DNA of 49,401 nt from NCBI RefSeq assembly GCF_004010195.1, contig NC_057711.1, forward strand, positions 69,915,586-69,964,986, given 5' to 3'. The notes beneath the pieces were generated by a model. That model was not told the DNA's origin. It ran no database searches and saw only the letters and a list, made by a program, of their open reading frames with translations. Origin of the DNA: Chiloscyllium plagiosum. Lineage: Eukaryota. The position numbers were made by a program, and so were the translations under genes. Shown here piece after piece: positions 1 to 13,225 of the stretch (within the stretch, counting starts at the first letter, position 1; every line of letters begins with the position of its first letter).

Positions 1-1740
1 GTTAAGGATATTCCAAAGAGATTCTACAAGTACATTAAGAGCATAAAAGCAACTAGAGAGGATTGTCCTTGTGTTGAACCTCAGGAGATTAGAGATATAA
101 TAAATGAATATTTTGTGTCAGCTTTTACTGCAGAGAAAGAAATGGAGGCTAGAGAACTAAGGGAAATAAATATTGATGTTTTAAAAACAGTTCACATTTT
201 AGAAGAGGAAGTGCTGGAGGTCTTAGAAAACATAAAGGCAGATAATCTCCAGGACCTGATCAAGTGTATCACAGGATGTTGTGGGAAGTTAGGGAGGAAA
301 TTACTGGGTCCCTAGCAGAAATATTTGTATCATCGATAAACACAGAGGTGAGGTACCAAAGGACTAGAGGATGGCTAATGTTGTGCCTTTATTTAAGAAA
401 TGCTGTGCCTTTATTTAAGAAATGCTGTAAGGACAAGTCTGGGAACTATAGACCTGTGAGTCTGACATCGGTGGTGGGTAATTGTTGGATGATGTTCTGA
501 AAGATAGCATTTACATGCATTTGAAGGGGCAGGGAATGATTCTGGATAGTCAGCATGATTTTGTGCAAGGGACACCATGACTCTCAAACTTAATTGAGTT
601 TTTTACGAAGTAACCAAAAAGCTTCATGAGGGCAGAGTGGGAGATGTTGTTTACTTGGATTTTAGTAAAGCTTTTGATAAGGTTCTGTGTGGTAGACTAA
701 TTAGTAAAGTTAGATCACATAGGATTCAGGGTAAACAAGTGGTGCAGGGTTGTTTTTCAGTCTGGTGGCCTGTAAACAGCAATGTTCTGGGTACTGGGTC
801 CACTTTTGTTTGCCATTTATAAATACGATTTGGATGAAAAAATAGCAGGCATGGTTAGTAAGTTTGCAAATGCCACCAAAATTGGCAAAGTGGACGATGA
901 AGAAGGTTATTGAAGATTACAAAGAGATCTTGATCAATTGGGTCAATGAACTGAGGAGTGGCAGATCGAGTTTAATTTGGATAAAACAAAAAGGGCAGGA
1001 CTTATACAGATAATGGTAGGGCCCTGGGTACAGTTGTAGAACAGAGAGACCTATGGGTTTGGGTAGATAATTCTTTGAAATTTGCGTGACAGGGAGACAG
1101 AGTGGTTGACAAGATGTTTAGCATGCTTGTCTTCATTGCTCAAACCTTTTTAGCCTAGGAGTTGGGACGACATGTTGAGGTTGTGCAGGATGTCGGTGAG
1201 GTGTCTTCTGGAGGAAGTATGCAGTTCTGGTCACCCTGTTATAGGAAGGATATTATAAAATTGGAAATTTTTAGGAAAAGATGTACCAGGAAATTGTTGG
1301 GAATGGGGAGTTTCAGTTATAAGAATAGGCTGGGATTTTTTTTCATTTTAGTGCAGGTGGTTGAGGGGTGACCTTTTGAAATTAAAATCATAAGGAACAT
1401 AGATAAGGTGAATAGCAATGGTCTTTTCCCTAGGGTGGGGGAGTTCAAAACTAGGGAGAATATTTTTAAGGTAAGAAGAAAAGGACTAAAAAAGGACATA
1501 AGGGGCAACTTCTTTACACAGACAGTGGTTAGTGTGTGGAATGAATTGCCAGAGGAAGTAGTGGATGCAGGTACAGTTACAACATTTAAAAGATATTTGG
1601 ATGGGTACATGAATAGGGGGGGTTTGTAGGGACATGGGCTAAGTGCAGGCAGGTGGGACTGGTTTAGTTTGGGAACATGGTCAGTGTGGACTAGTTGGAC
1701 GAAAGGGTCTGTTTCTATGCTGCATGACTCCATAACTCTA
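1..1740 (+). mobile_element. CR1-clade LINE, decayed ORF2 (RT) plus 3' tail; cut by window start
   Basis: ORF fragments GNYRPVSLTSVVG, DVVYLDFSKAFDKV, QFWSPCYRKDI and RGNFFTQTVVSVWNELPEEVVDA; ends in a CR1-type tail (gggtctgtttctatgctgcatgactccataactcta). Confidence 0.93.
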
Positions 1741-2801
1741 ATAATAGCCCTTGGGGACTGTCAGCAAAGGCCTTTGTTGAAATTACACAGGTAACACTAC
1801 ATCTTTGGTGCAGTTTCAACAGACACCAGATGGCCTGTCAATCAGAACAGTTCAGCAAAGGGTTTTGTTTTCACTCTCATTGTCAGCCTGTTTCATCATG
1901 TTGTAAGAATTAGGATTTAAAGTCTTAAAATCATGACACTAATTTCTGTAACATCTACTTTATCAACTCATGACATCCATACTGCAATAAATGACAGTTG
2001 GACCAGGAACAATGTTTTGTTTTAAATTTGGCACTATGTACATATGGCCTTACTGAATTTAAGTTTGCCACCTGTGTGAATCATGCCCTCCATCAACAAA
2101 ATGGATTTCTCAATGGTACATATGTGAAGCCATTTGTTAAAGACTTCATGTCATTAAGCTAAGATTTTAAAATGGTACATTGTTTTGGAGCCAAAGGTGG
2201 AAAGCATATTTTTAAAAATGTTTGTTGAGTTTTAATTCAACTGACTATTATGGTAGCAAACCACTATATTAAATATTGATAATCCTTTTCAAAATGGTGT
2301 TGATTACTCTTATTATCTAAACTTTCTCCACTTAAAAATCAAATTGTGTAAACAAAACCATGAATTCTCTTCAGCATCCAATCTGCATATTGGAATTAGA
2401 CAGTACAGATCTATTAATGCTGAAGTTACTTCATCACAGAATTGTACAAATTCAGCAAGTTAGGTAAAGCTGTTTTCTGGTACATAGCACTACATCAGTA
2501 ACAAATATAGCATTGTTTTTTGTTAAATTGAGATTAGTGGATAGCAGTAATAAGGCAAAGAGAAATGTTTGGACTATCTCGAAGATATGCTTGGATTTAA
2601 TTAATGAACCCTTCTTGGTACTACTCTAGAATTAGATCAGAAGTTGGGAGGGAGTTAAAACTGTTAATGTCACTTTGTTCCTTTGGATATAATTTGAACC
2701 CCTGGACACGATCGGTGTTGCTGCATCCTGTCCACATCGATTTGAAATGCTAGTTGAAGAATGCACAATATTCATCTAATATCAAATATTTAAAAACTGA
2801 C

Positions 2802-3453
2802 TTTAATTCCAGTTTCACAAGACAAAGTCTTTGCCAAGCTTTTAAGGTAGTTGATGTTTTTGTAATTTTCATTATATGGCATTTGTTAGGGTTCAACTCA
2901 ATTTCAGGAAACTAATAAAGGCAGTGGTTAGATGGTATTTTCCTGGCCAAAAGATTGCACAGAATCTTTTGTTGCAAATTTTGCAATTAATATATTTGCA
3001 GACCTCAAAGCTCAAAGAAAGCAGAACTGAAACAAGTGCATTAACCCCGAGAACATTGAATTCCCTACACTAACTGCAGTATTCTGTTCTGACTTGGAGG
3101 AGGCACCTGATGTTTAGAGTAATTAGTTTCAATGGGAATGTCAGCAGTGCTCTCTCGAGCTTTCTCTGGCCTCCTAGGATACGAAGAAAATATCACCAAG
3201 ACAAACATGAAAACTCATTGCATAGTTGAACATTCTTCAACATGATAGTGATTTCAGGGGGGCAAAAATGATGATGGGAAACAATATTTTTCTAATGTAA
3301 AGACTGAATTTAATTCCAGTTTCACAAGACAAAGTCTTTGCCAAGCTTTTAAGGTAGTTGGTACTTCTGTCATTTTCATTGTTTGGCATTAATGTTAGGG
3401 TTCAACTCAATTTCAGGAAACTAATGAAGTCAGAATTTAGATGGTATTTTCCT
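2802..3453. repeat. Diverged ~145-bp direct repeat pair (2802-2944 and 3309-3453)
   Basis: Both copies begin tttaattccagtttcacaagacaaagtctttgccaagcttttaaggtagttg, contain gttagggttcaactcaatttcaggaaactaat and end agatggtattttcct. Confidence 0.9.
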
Positions 3454-5568
3454 ATGAATTTGGCAGTTCTGCAAACTCTGAGGGTTTCTTCTATATCTGA
3501 CACATTTACCAGATGATGGTTCAGGTTATCTTTCATTTTAAATGTGATTTTGGGACAAAATTAATGTAAACTAAAAGGATGTATCTTGTATGGAGCAGCC
3601 TGTCATGTTCAGTAGTTATATGTTTCTATATTATTTGTCATGGATTTATAGTGTAGATGTATCCTAAATATAAGAAATCTCATCCGGTTTTCTTCGTGAC
3701 TTTTTTAAAATTGTGCGTATTTAAGCATAAAATCTGAAGTTAAAAATATTGTCTATACAACATAGTCAAATATTATTATGAAAGAGTAGCTGCGAATAAA
3801 ATTGAAAACAATTTAAGAACTGTAATGTTGGAAAGAGATCTATTTTGCTTAAATGAGGCTAATGGAGTCAGCAGCATTTATATACAAAAGAGTTATATTT
3901 TGTAGGGCTCACTTCAGGAGAATATATGTTTGCAGTTTTCAATTGTTAATTATTCAATTTGTCAAAGAACTACTTGTGATGAAATAAATCACATTTATAT
4001 TCAGCTTAAACAAATATTAGCTTTTTTATTGCAGGTACTATCTGATTTAGGAATTAGTGACAGTAGCCAAGTCACAATGAATTTTTACGCATTGAGTTCT
4101 TAATATAATTCTACAGCAAGATGATTTTTCTGATAATTAATGGATTTAGTACCTCCAGATATTGAAAGCTACTTCAACCTGAAGTTTTATTACTGAAATG
4201 TTGATATTTGTTATATCCTCTGAAGGTTAGTGGAGTTGTCTTGTCCACATTTCCAGTAAGATGGTTAGTGTTATAATTGGCTGATAAGAAGGCCTGAACC
4301 TAAATATAATGCCAACATTCGATTTCCCAGTGTCCTCAGTGAAGATCTGTCACCATTTATGTTGACTTTAGTGACAATTCTCTAGCAGCGAAACTCGAGG
4401 GAAATCATTACACTGTTTATGCCTCTGCCTTGTCGGACAGAGTTATCCTGTGATATTTTAACGTATTTTCTCCTGCATGATGGCATCTAGCTGAGGTTAA
4501 GGCAGAACAAGTCCCTCTGTAATACGGTGACTGCATTTTACTCACTGAAACAGAAAAGAAATCTGACAATTAGGTGTATGGAATGTCAGTGAAGGGACAT
4601 GTGCAAGTAATCAGCTACTTCCACAGGGAGTGCAGAGTTAAGAGGCAGATTCTTAAAAATTTGAGGCTTTTAGTGGCCGCACTACAGGAAAGAAATCAAT
4701 ATGGTAGAACTGAGGTTATGGTGGGCGAGAGGAGCAGAAATCAATATTCTAAGAATGCACACTTTTTATTTTGCTTTTCATTTTCCACACAGAATAGGTG
4801 AAAAGATGTATTTTTAGGGTGCTGCCATTACAATGGCCGTACATTATCCTGAACTAAATTAAGAGCATGTTAGCTTATATTGCATGAGGTGTTTCCTGAT
4901 TACTTCAAATATGATATGTATTTGTATGTGTTAATGTATATTTCTTGTAATAAAGGACTGGCAAATATACATATCTAAAATAGTTAGGCCTTTTTTGACA
5001 GAAGTTGGATTTTATTTTTCCACAAACTCATCTATTTAATTCTGAATTATAGTATTTTGAGAATGCCATACATATAATGGTGCAGATTATGTTTGAATAC
5101 TTGAAACACTTAATAATTTCATTGTTTATTAAGTTGTTTTGTTCTGTTTTATTTTAAAATTCAAGGTAGTGTTAAAACACTCACATCACAGCAATCATTA
5201 TGATGTCTAGTAATCCCTTCAGAAATGGCATATTCTATAGCTGAGTATTAACACCAAGAATTTCCTTGGGGATTCTCCCAATTATCTGCCATAACTGCTG
5301 AAGATCAGCGGACACCCTAGATGGGTGGGTGAACTGGATTTCTGCCAATTGTCTGCCGAAGTTGCAATGGATGATAGAATAACCCTGGAGGGAATTCCTT
5401 ATTGTGTTCTTTAATGATGTTAAATTGTACGTTTAAAATGGATTTTAACTTTATGCTGTAAATGCAAGAATAGTAACATCATATTAGAGATATTGATTAG
5501 GAATATGGAATCTGTTCCATTACACAATGTCAAAAAATGATAATGGAAGCTTTTCTGATTCTTTGGTT

Positions 5569-6441
5569 TTTTTTTTCTTTTTTTTCTCTGAGTGTCAGGA
5601 GTTCTGACACGCCTGTTCTTTTTATTTAATTACCCCCACACTACCGCCTAACTGTGGTAGTGCTTATTTTTTTCCCCAGCACCTATGTTGTGTGTGTGTA
5701 GGTGTGAAACACAAGGTGCATGAATTTTTATTCAGTTTCCATCACCAGGAAGAAAGGAAACACCCGAGTGACCAGTGACAAGCAGTGCCCTTCACATCAA
5801 AGGGCAATGCTGTGAGGTCAAACAGTGAAGGGGAGGGCAGGGATTAAATCAAAATGGAGGGGGAAATAATGCACTCCACTCCCTGCGGCGTCCACCTCTC
5901 CCTAAACAACTCCAGGGTGTTGGTGGACATCGTGTGCTTCTCCAGAGACACCCGGCATTAACATAACCGCGGAAGAGTGACAGGCAGTCGGCCCTAATGG
6001 CCCCCTCTACGGCCCGCTGCCTGGACCTCTTTATGGCCAGTTTGGCCAGGCCCAGGAGCAGACCCACGAGGAGGTCTTCAGACCTGACTTCCCCCTTCTG
6101 TACCGGGTGTCCGAAGATCAGGAGCGTGGGACTGAAGTGTAAGCAAAAACAGAGAAGGTGGTTTTTGAGGAAATCAAAAAGGGAGGGCAAACGCCCACAC
6201 CCAATATATACATGGTCCCACTGACTCCACAGCACCACAGAACAAGCAATTGGGCTGGGAGTCCGTGAACCACCACAATCTGCAGTTGCAGGGGACCGCT
6301 GCGTGCAGCACCCTCCACCCTAGATCCCTGAGAGAAAGGGGGAAGACTCCCACGTAGAGAGCCCTCCACTGGGGATCTCCACCGCCCGGTGGCAAATGGG
6401 CATGCCAAGGCGTGTCTGGGCAGTGAATGAGGGAGAAGAGG
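5569..6441 (-). mobile_element. 5'-truncated L1/Tx1-clade LINE with poly(A) tail and 13-bp TSD
   Basis: Minus-strand ORF2 C-terminus LRDLGWRVLHAAVPCN...CLFCGAVES..HVYIGC (zf-RVT-like) and LLVGLLLGLAKLAIKRSR; AATAAA then an A-rich tail (T-run at ~5567-5585 on +); TSD tgattctttggtt at 5556-5568 and 6442-6454. Confidence 0.88.
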
Positions 6442-9143
6442 TGATTCTTTGGTTGTTATTGGTGTTTAGACAATTGGTCTGATTGAAATACTGCCCTAAA
6501 AATGAAGCTGATGTATCCGCAAAACTGTTTTACTGAAGAATGTTTTACATTTGTGAAAAATTCCAGTCCATCTGAAAAAGACACTTAATTATTGAATTAA
6601 ACTGCAGTGGCTTTGTAACTAAGCTGTTATCTCTATTGTCACAATGTTTTTTTTAAATCAAGACAAAATAAATATGATTATATGCAATAATGTTAATGAA
6701 ACTTTACAGGAAAGGAAAATAATCTTTGGCAAATGGTGAAAACATTTTAACCCATATTATGTAGTAAGTTATCAATCATCTATGCTTTAGGTTTAAGCAC
6801 CGAAAGTTAAATAATCTCAAATGGTTGAACCAGCACTGCACCACAAGTATGCAAAAGAGATGGTGGTCTTAATGATTTTTTTTTGTCTTTGTGTTAGGCA
6901 CGGAACAGCAGTTCTTGTGCCAGCTCAATGTCATTAGTGTACAGATGGAGTATGTGACCAGTGCATTGTAAGCTGATCTGTCAAGCTTAACAAACAGCCC
7001 ACCTTGTTAACATTCCTTAAATCCTGCATTAATAACCCAATGTAAATCCCTGAACACACACTCACTGGACTTTCTCTTTGTTGCCATGATGGATGAGGTT
7101 GTACCCTGGAAAGTAAAGTAACAACTCCTCCCCAAATAAAGAGGTAAAATAACAGAGGATTCGTTCTCTGTCATTTTTCAGTCGTCTTGACAAATTAAAA
7201 GAAGCCTTCTGGTTTCCATATTTTAAAGCATTTTTAATGTGGTGCAATGGACACATGTTGATTGAAGAGTGGTTTTGAGAAAATAAAAATACAGTTACAT
7301 TAGCCCAGTTCTTTTGGTTTCCGGCTGGTTGGAAACTGAATATACCCATAATCGGATCCCTCAGAGCTCCTGATTCACTGACTCTGCGGGAGTTACCCAG
7401 GAAGTTTAAACTTCCTCAGCTTGCTAGGACCCTGCACAAAAATCACACTTAAAGTTAGCGTTTGAAGACTCGGGAGGCATTCACCTGGGTGGTTAGATGT
7501 TAGACTGAAACGATATCTAACTCCTGAGTAACTGTGCAAATGACTCCATGCTCCTCCAGACACCTGACTCCATCCTTGCCACTCCCTGACCCTTCAAAAC
7601 CCTCAGCCCTTTGAGGCCCCCTCAAAATTACTTCCAACCCTCTGAACCCTCTCAACTTCCTGGACTCACCCCTGATAGTCCACCTCCACCCGCCCCCTGA
7701 ATCTGATTTCCCCTGACCCTAATGTCACCTTGACTTGCTTCCTAACCCAAACTTACTCCTTGAATCCTCACCTGGCAACCCCTGACTTCCCCAAACTGAC
7801 CTGACCTAATGTTACTACCTGCCCCTCCAGCCACCCACCATTGTGTCACCCTACTCAGCTAACACCTCACCACCCACCATCCTCTTAGCTATTATCTCAT
7901 CCAACCTCCCAGTCTCTCACATTCTCCATTCACTCATGCTCATACTAACACATTAAGTTCTGGGACATTTAAACTGTTACCACGACACTGCAACGGGTGC
8001 TGTCAAAAGGAACGTGGCTTCTGAGCAGAATCTCTGAGCTTGTTCCCTGAGCTGGAGGTGTTTTTTCAGAATACTCCATCAGAAAACTGGACAGAAAATT
8101 CAAATGCCAAGTGGGTCATTGTTTTGATCTGGTTGGAAAGGAGCTTTTTCAATACTGACTGGACAATTCAAGCCATTCTTATGCTTCTTACTAGTATACA
8201 TACGCAATTTGGCAGATTAGGTTTATTGCTGAGTAGCTCAGCCATACAACACGGTGAGAAACCAAGTCTAATGCCACCTCTGTGCTCCAATGACTGAGCT
8301 CAAATGGTTTTCCTATATCTGCTAGATTTAACCTCTCCACTCATTGGCTAATATTCAATATCAATGAATACCTCTCACTTAGTTAGAAATCTCTGCTGAA
8401 AGTCTGTGAATATGAATATCAGATGAAGTTTCTCCTAAGTTTTCTCTCAAGGTTCAGTAGCCTGTTAAAAATCACCATTTATGTTTTCACATGAGTAACA
8501 GGCACTTGATGTATCTGTACCTAACTGGAGGCAAATATTGGTGAGAAAATTGAGATACCTTTCCTTTACAAATGTTTTGCAGCTGATCAGCTTTATGCAA
8601 ATGGCTTTAAGCATGCTCATGTGAAAGAAACAGCACTGAGCTGAAAAGCCTCTGCCAATGAAAAGCTAAGTGCAATTCTGGGGAAGATGAACAGAGATGG
8701 AAATTCTGACAGGAGATCCTGGCAACACTGGGTGAGGAGACATCTGAAGCCCTGGAAATGTAATTTTAGAGTTCTGTTGAGGAAAAACAGAGTTAACCTG
8801 ATGATTACAAAGTGTACCTTCTGTGCTTTACTTAACTATTCTAGTTAAGTAAAGATAAAATTGCTAAATCTCCAGATTGAAGAGGAAATAATTAGTAGCA
8901 GTTAATATGGAGTTCAAGAAGGAACATTATGCTTGGAAAAGCCTGATAGTTATTTGAAGAGTTATTAGATGTGGTGGATCCAGGAAATACAGTAGAAATG
9001 GCCAGCAATGACTTTTAGACAGCCTCTGACAAATGGATAGGACACATTTGTAGAGGTTTGAAGGGAATCCTGGGTAGGAAAGGTAACATGTTGGATCAAA
9101 AATAGAACTACAGAAATGATATTGTCCAAAATGGATACAGTAT

Positions 9144-9243
9144 AGTCCTGAAGAAGGGTCCTGCCTGGAACATTGACTCTCTTGCTTATCAGATGCTGCC
9201 TGATCTGCTGTGCCATTTCCAGCGCCATGCTTTATCAACACTC
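9144..9243 (+). mobile_element. Penelope-like pLTR fragment with degenerate hammerhead
   Basis: agtc-CTGAAGA-agggtcctgcct-GGAA-catt-gact followed by gatgctgcctgatctgctgtg, homologous to the copies at ~21121 and 46787. Confidence 0.7.
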
Positions 9244-9244
9244 A

Positions 9245-10985
9245 CAGTACGGATGGGGATCATTCAACCTTCTTGTTCATGCTGACCCAAAGACACCCAG
9301 ATGCCTTTTCTAATCCCATCTTCCTGCACACAGCCCATAGCCCTGCAGCTTATAGCACTTAAGGCACAAATCCAGGTACTTTTTAAAAGAGTTTAGGGTC
9401 TCTGCCTGCACTACCAATTCAGACAGTGAATCCCATGGACCCAACAGCCTCCGTTTTAAAAAAAAGGCTTGCCTCATGTCTTCTCTGCCACTTGGCTTGA
9501 ATCTGTGAACCCTCGCTTTTGAATTCTCTGCCAAAGGAAACAAGTTCCTCCTGTCCACTCGATCTCTATCCCTCACAATTTTGTATGCCTCATTCCTGGT
9601 ATCTTTCCATTCCAAGGAAATCAACCCCAGCCTCTTCAGTCTCTCCTCATAGCTATAGTTCTCCAGTCTTGGCAACATTCTAGTAAATCTTGTCTGCACT
9701 TTCTGCAGAGCAATTGCATCCTTCCTGCAACATGGTGACCAGAACTGCACACAGTACTCCAATTGTGACCTCACCAGTGTCTTATACAATTTCATCATTA
9801 TACCCCTACTTCTGTATTCCATACCTCTGTCAATGAAAGAGAGCATGCCGTATGTCATCTTTACAATCTTATCTACCTGTGCTGCTACCTTTACACACCT
9901 GTATGCCAACATCTCTCACTTCATCTACCCCTCTCAGTATATTCTCATTTATTGTATATCCCCTTTCACTGCTTGACCTGCCAAATGCATTACCTCACAC
10001 TTATTAAATTTAAACTTCATCACCCTCTTTCTTGTCCACTCCACAAACCTATCTGTACCATTTTGGAGCTTACAGCTATCCACTACACAGCCAATTTTTG
10101 TGTTGTCTACAGATTTCCCAATTTAGCTCTCCACGTTCAAATTCAAAGCATTAATGTATAAAACAAATAGCAGACATCCCAATACCAAGCCCTGTGGAAC
10201 ACCACTCGAAATAGCATTCCATTCACAAGAGCAGCTAACAACTTTTATTGTTTGTTTCTTCTTACTAAGCCAAGTTTGGATCCAATTCGATACGTTACCC
10301 TGTATCCCATGGGCTTTTGCCTTTTTTGACCAGTCTGTCATGTAGGACCTTGTCAAATGCCTTACTAAAATCCATGTATAAAACATCCACTGCATTACCA
10401 TCATTGATCTTGCCGCTTACTCAAAGAATTCAATCAAATCTGTAAAGGATAACCTTCTCATAACAAAAGCATGCTGAATATCCTTGACTAGTCCATGCTT
10501 TTCTACATTATAGTTTATCCAATCTCTCAAGATTGATTCCAACAATTTGCACACAATAAAAGTAAGCCCAACTGGCCTGTAGTTCTTTGGCATTTCCTTT
10601 GTACCGTTTTTCATGAAAGCAACCACATTTACATTCATCCAGTCCTCCAGCATCTCATCTGTGTCTAATGAAGGTTGGAAAAAAAAGTCCTGAGCATCTG
10701 CTATTTCCATCCTGACTTGCTTCAATATCCAAGGAACAATACATCCAGCCTTGGTAACTTATCCACTTTCAAAGATTTCAGCTCCTGTAACACTTTTCTC
10801 TCATTATGATTATTTTGTCCAATGTGTCACACTGTTTCTGTTGAATTACAATATCCACATCATCCCTTTTCTTTATGAAAATTCATCCAAAATACTTCCC
10901 ATATTATCTGCATCTTCACACAAGTTCCCTTCTACATTTCTAATAGGTCCCAATGTTTCCTTAGCTATTCTTTTGCTCTATATAG
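9245..10985 (-). mobile_element. CR1-clade LINE, decayed ORF2 and 3' tail
   Basis: Minus ORFs NYRPVGLTFIVCKLLESI, SGVPQGLVLGCLLFVLYIN and LYKTLVRSQLEYCVQFWSP...GYGLCAGRWD. Confidence 0.93.
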
Positions 10986-11789
10986 AGTAGATTAGAAGAG
11001 AAACTTAAGAGTTCAAGGCAGTTTGTCAATGATTGGATGTCATAAATTTGTATAAGGCATTAAACTCTGAAAGATTTAATGCTGAGGAATGTGTTATACA
11101 CTATCTAATATGATGATGTCAGATGGACTTGGGTGGGAGAGCATTTCTGAATTTCGAAGGAAATACACCTACCCTTTAGGTCTATCTTTGTCCCAGTAAC
11201 AATGTCTATCGCATGATTGTAACTTGAATGAATGATTTTATTATCACATATCTTGAAGGTGCAGTGAAAAGTGTTTTGTTGCCATAATCTGGCACCATTT
11301 GGAGCTACAAAAAGAATGAAAAGAAATTATTTAAATAAGAAGTTTTCATCTTCTGTTCAAATTGGGTCTCAAGCACACCTCCAGGGATTCTGCAAGGCCT
11401 CTAGAAGGTGTTCCGCTCCTCAAGGAGTCCCATTCTGGGAACAACAATGATGGCAACGGAGACCCTGTTTCTGCCCTAGTCCAACAACGCCGAGTGTCCA
11501 GACTGCAAGCCTACTGCTGCTGCCTAGGGCCCAGGGTCCAGTCTTGAAGATGAAGCAAAAAGAAAAGGAATAAAACCATATAGAAGAAAGGATGCTGCTG
11601 GCCTGGAGTGGACGGACTCCAATGAAGCCACCATCTTGAAAAACTTGGTGAAAAAACTTCCTTGAAATCTTGAAAAAACCTTGTTACTGATTGCTAACAT
11701 ACAATTAACTACATTTTGTTTAAGATAAAAACCTCCTCATTAGATAACCAAGTGAATTTCCTCTACTATGCAAGACAGGGCAGATCCTT

Positions 11790-11892
11790 TAGGTGCAAAA
11801 GCAGAACTTGCTGGAAAAGCTCAGTTGGTATGGAAGCATCTGTGGGGAGAAAGTAGATTTAACGTTTTGGGACCAGAGACCCTCCTTCAGAA
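11790..11892 (-). mobile_element. Penelope-like pLTR fragment (degenerate hammerhead)
   Basis: Minus strand CTGAAGG-agggtctctggtccc-AAAA-cgtt...cagatgcttcc...ctgagcttttccagcaag, the same layout as the other pLTR copies. Confidence 0.6.
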
Positions 11893-12699
11893 CAGAGGAA
11901 GATTTTAGGTGCCTACCTAAAGTAAGGATATTGGCAGTAAATATATCTAATGTACTTTTCATCAAGGTGACTATTATCATACAATCCTCATGCAACATCA
12001 ATGATCTACAAAGTTCTGTTTATAAACCGTTCATTTTACTCCTGACCCTCTGAAGCAGAATGTTATGTTTTTCTACATTAAAGATACTGTATAAATGCAA
12101 GTGTTCATATAAGACGTTTGCAGGAATACGGCTATGTAAGGATTATAATTTTTCTTAATCACTTATTTTGTGGGTTAGAAGCCAATTGAAATCAGCCAGA
12201 ACAGAAGTGAGGGCAAGTGTGGCTTTGTGACTACATTCTGTTCCTCGCTAACTTCTTGAATTATAGAATGGTGCTGCTTAAGAAAAATAGTGGTGATGGA
12301 AAAATATGTGGAAGTGGATTTTTAGAAATAATTGTATTTAATATAGCAAACTGACACTGACGGTGCAATTTAAGCTTTGGCCAAATTAGCAGTGAGAAAA
12401 AATGGTGCAGCTGTTCAAATTGAGAAACTCACTATTCCCATTGATTTGTGATTTAAAGGTGCTAATGTGGGCAATGGATAAAACTATAAGCCTCTGATGG
12501 AACCTTAGTAATAAACATGAATTATTGTGTTCCATTAGTACCTAATGATCTGAATTTTAGCCCAATTAAGGTAACCACAATATAAACGCTACAATCCTTA
12601 CAAACCTTACAAGGAAAGACTGATCTCCTTCATACTCAAGTCTTGAGACCTTTGAACTTCCCTCTCATCCCCACTCTACACCTCAGCCTTCCTGTGACA

Positions 12700-12856
12700 A
12701 TGTTCTTATGCTGGTAAACTCAAAAATCACACTGCCTAAGGATGGAGCAGGGGCTCTGAAAGCTTGCAGTTTCAAATCAACCTGTTGGACTCTAACCCGG
12801 TGTCGTGTAAATTTTGGACTCAGGTGTACAAAGTCAACACTAGCACCTCCACATCC
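12700..12856 (+). mobile_element. Penelope-like pLTR fragment, separate family, hammerhead with G5A core change
   Basis: ctgc-CTAAGGA-t-ggagc(aggg)gctct-GAAA-gctt-gcag at 12732-12769, followed by aacctgttggactctaacccggtgtcgtg. Confidence 0.6.
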
Positions 12857-12910
12857 TACACACAATTTTCACCCTCCCTTACCAACCAGCTACCAAATAG
12901 CTGACTGATG

Positions 12911-13225
12911 GAACAGAATCCCTACAGTGCGGAAGCAGGTCATTCAGCCATTGGAATCCACACCGATCCCAAGGAGCATCCCACCCAGATCCACCTCCAC
13001 TAACCCTATCCCAGCAAGCCAGCATTTCCCAAGACTGATCCACCTAACCTAAACATCCTGGGACTCTGGGTAATTTAGTATGACCAATCCACCTAACCTG
13101 CACATTTTTGGATTGTGGGAGGAAACCAAAGAACATGCAAACTCCAGATAGTCCCCCAAAGCTGGAATTGAACCCAGGTGCCTGGCGCTGTGAGGCAGTA
13201 GTGCTAACCATTGAACCAACGTGCC
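12911..13225 (-). mobile_element. tRNA-derived V-SINE (HE1-like)
   Basis: Minus strand A box tggttcaatgg, B box ggttcaattcc, V-domain-like ggagtttgcatgttc...ggtttcctcccacaatccaaaaatgtgcaggttagg, and a CR1-like tail ending cactgtagggattctg. Confidence 0.85.

Noticed and set aside
2375..2463. AG/GT-bounded 89-nt segment, open in phase 0 to 2 like the 16211 exon (HPICILELDSTDLLMLKLLHHRIVQIQQV)
   Set aside because: No similarity to SNX24, short pyrimidine tract and moderate donor; likely chance.
7300..8120. C-rich, transposon-like segment
   Set aside because: No TIR, TSD or coding motif could be pinned down, so no family can be supported.
9310..9912. Longest ORF (200 aa) as a host gene
   Set aside because: It is the C-terminal part of CR1 ORF2 within a frameshifted LINE copy.
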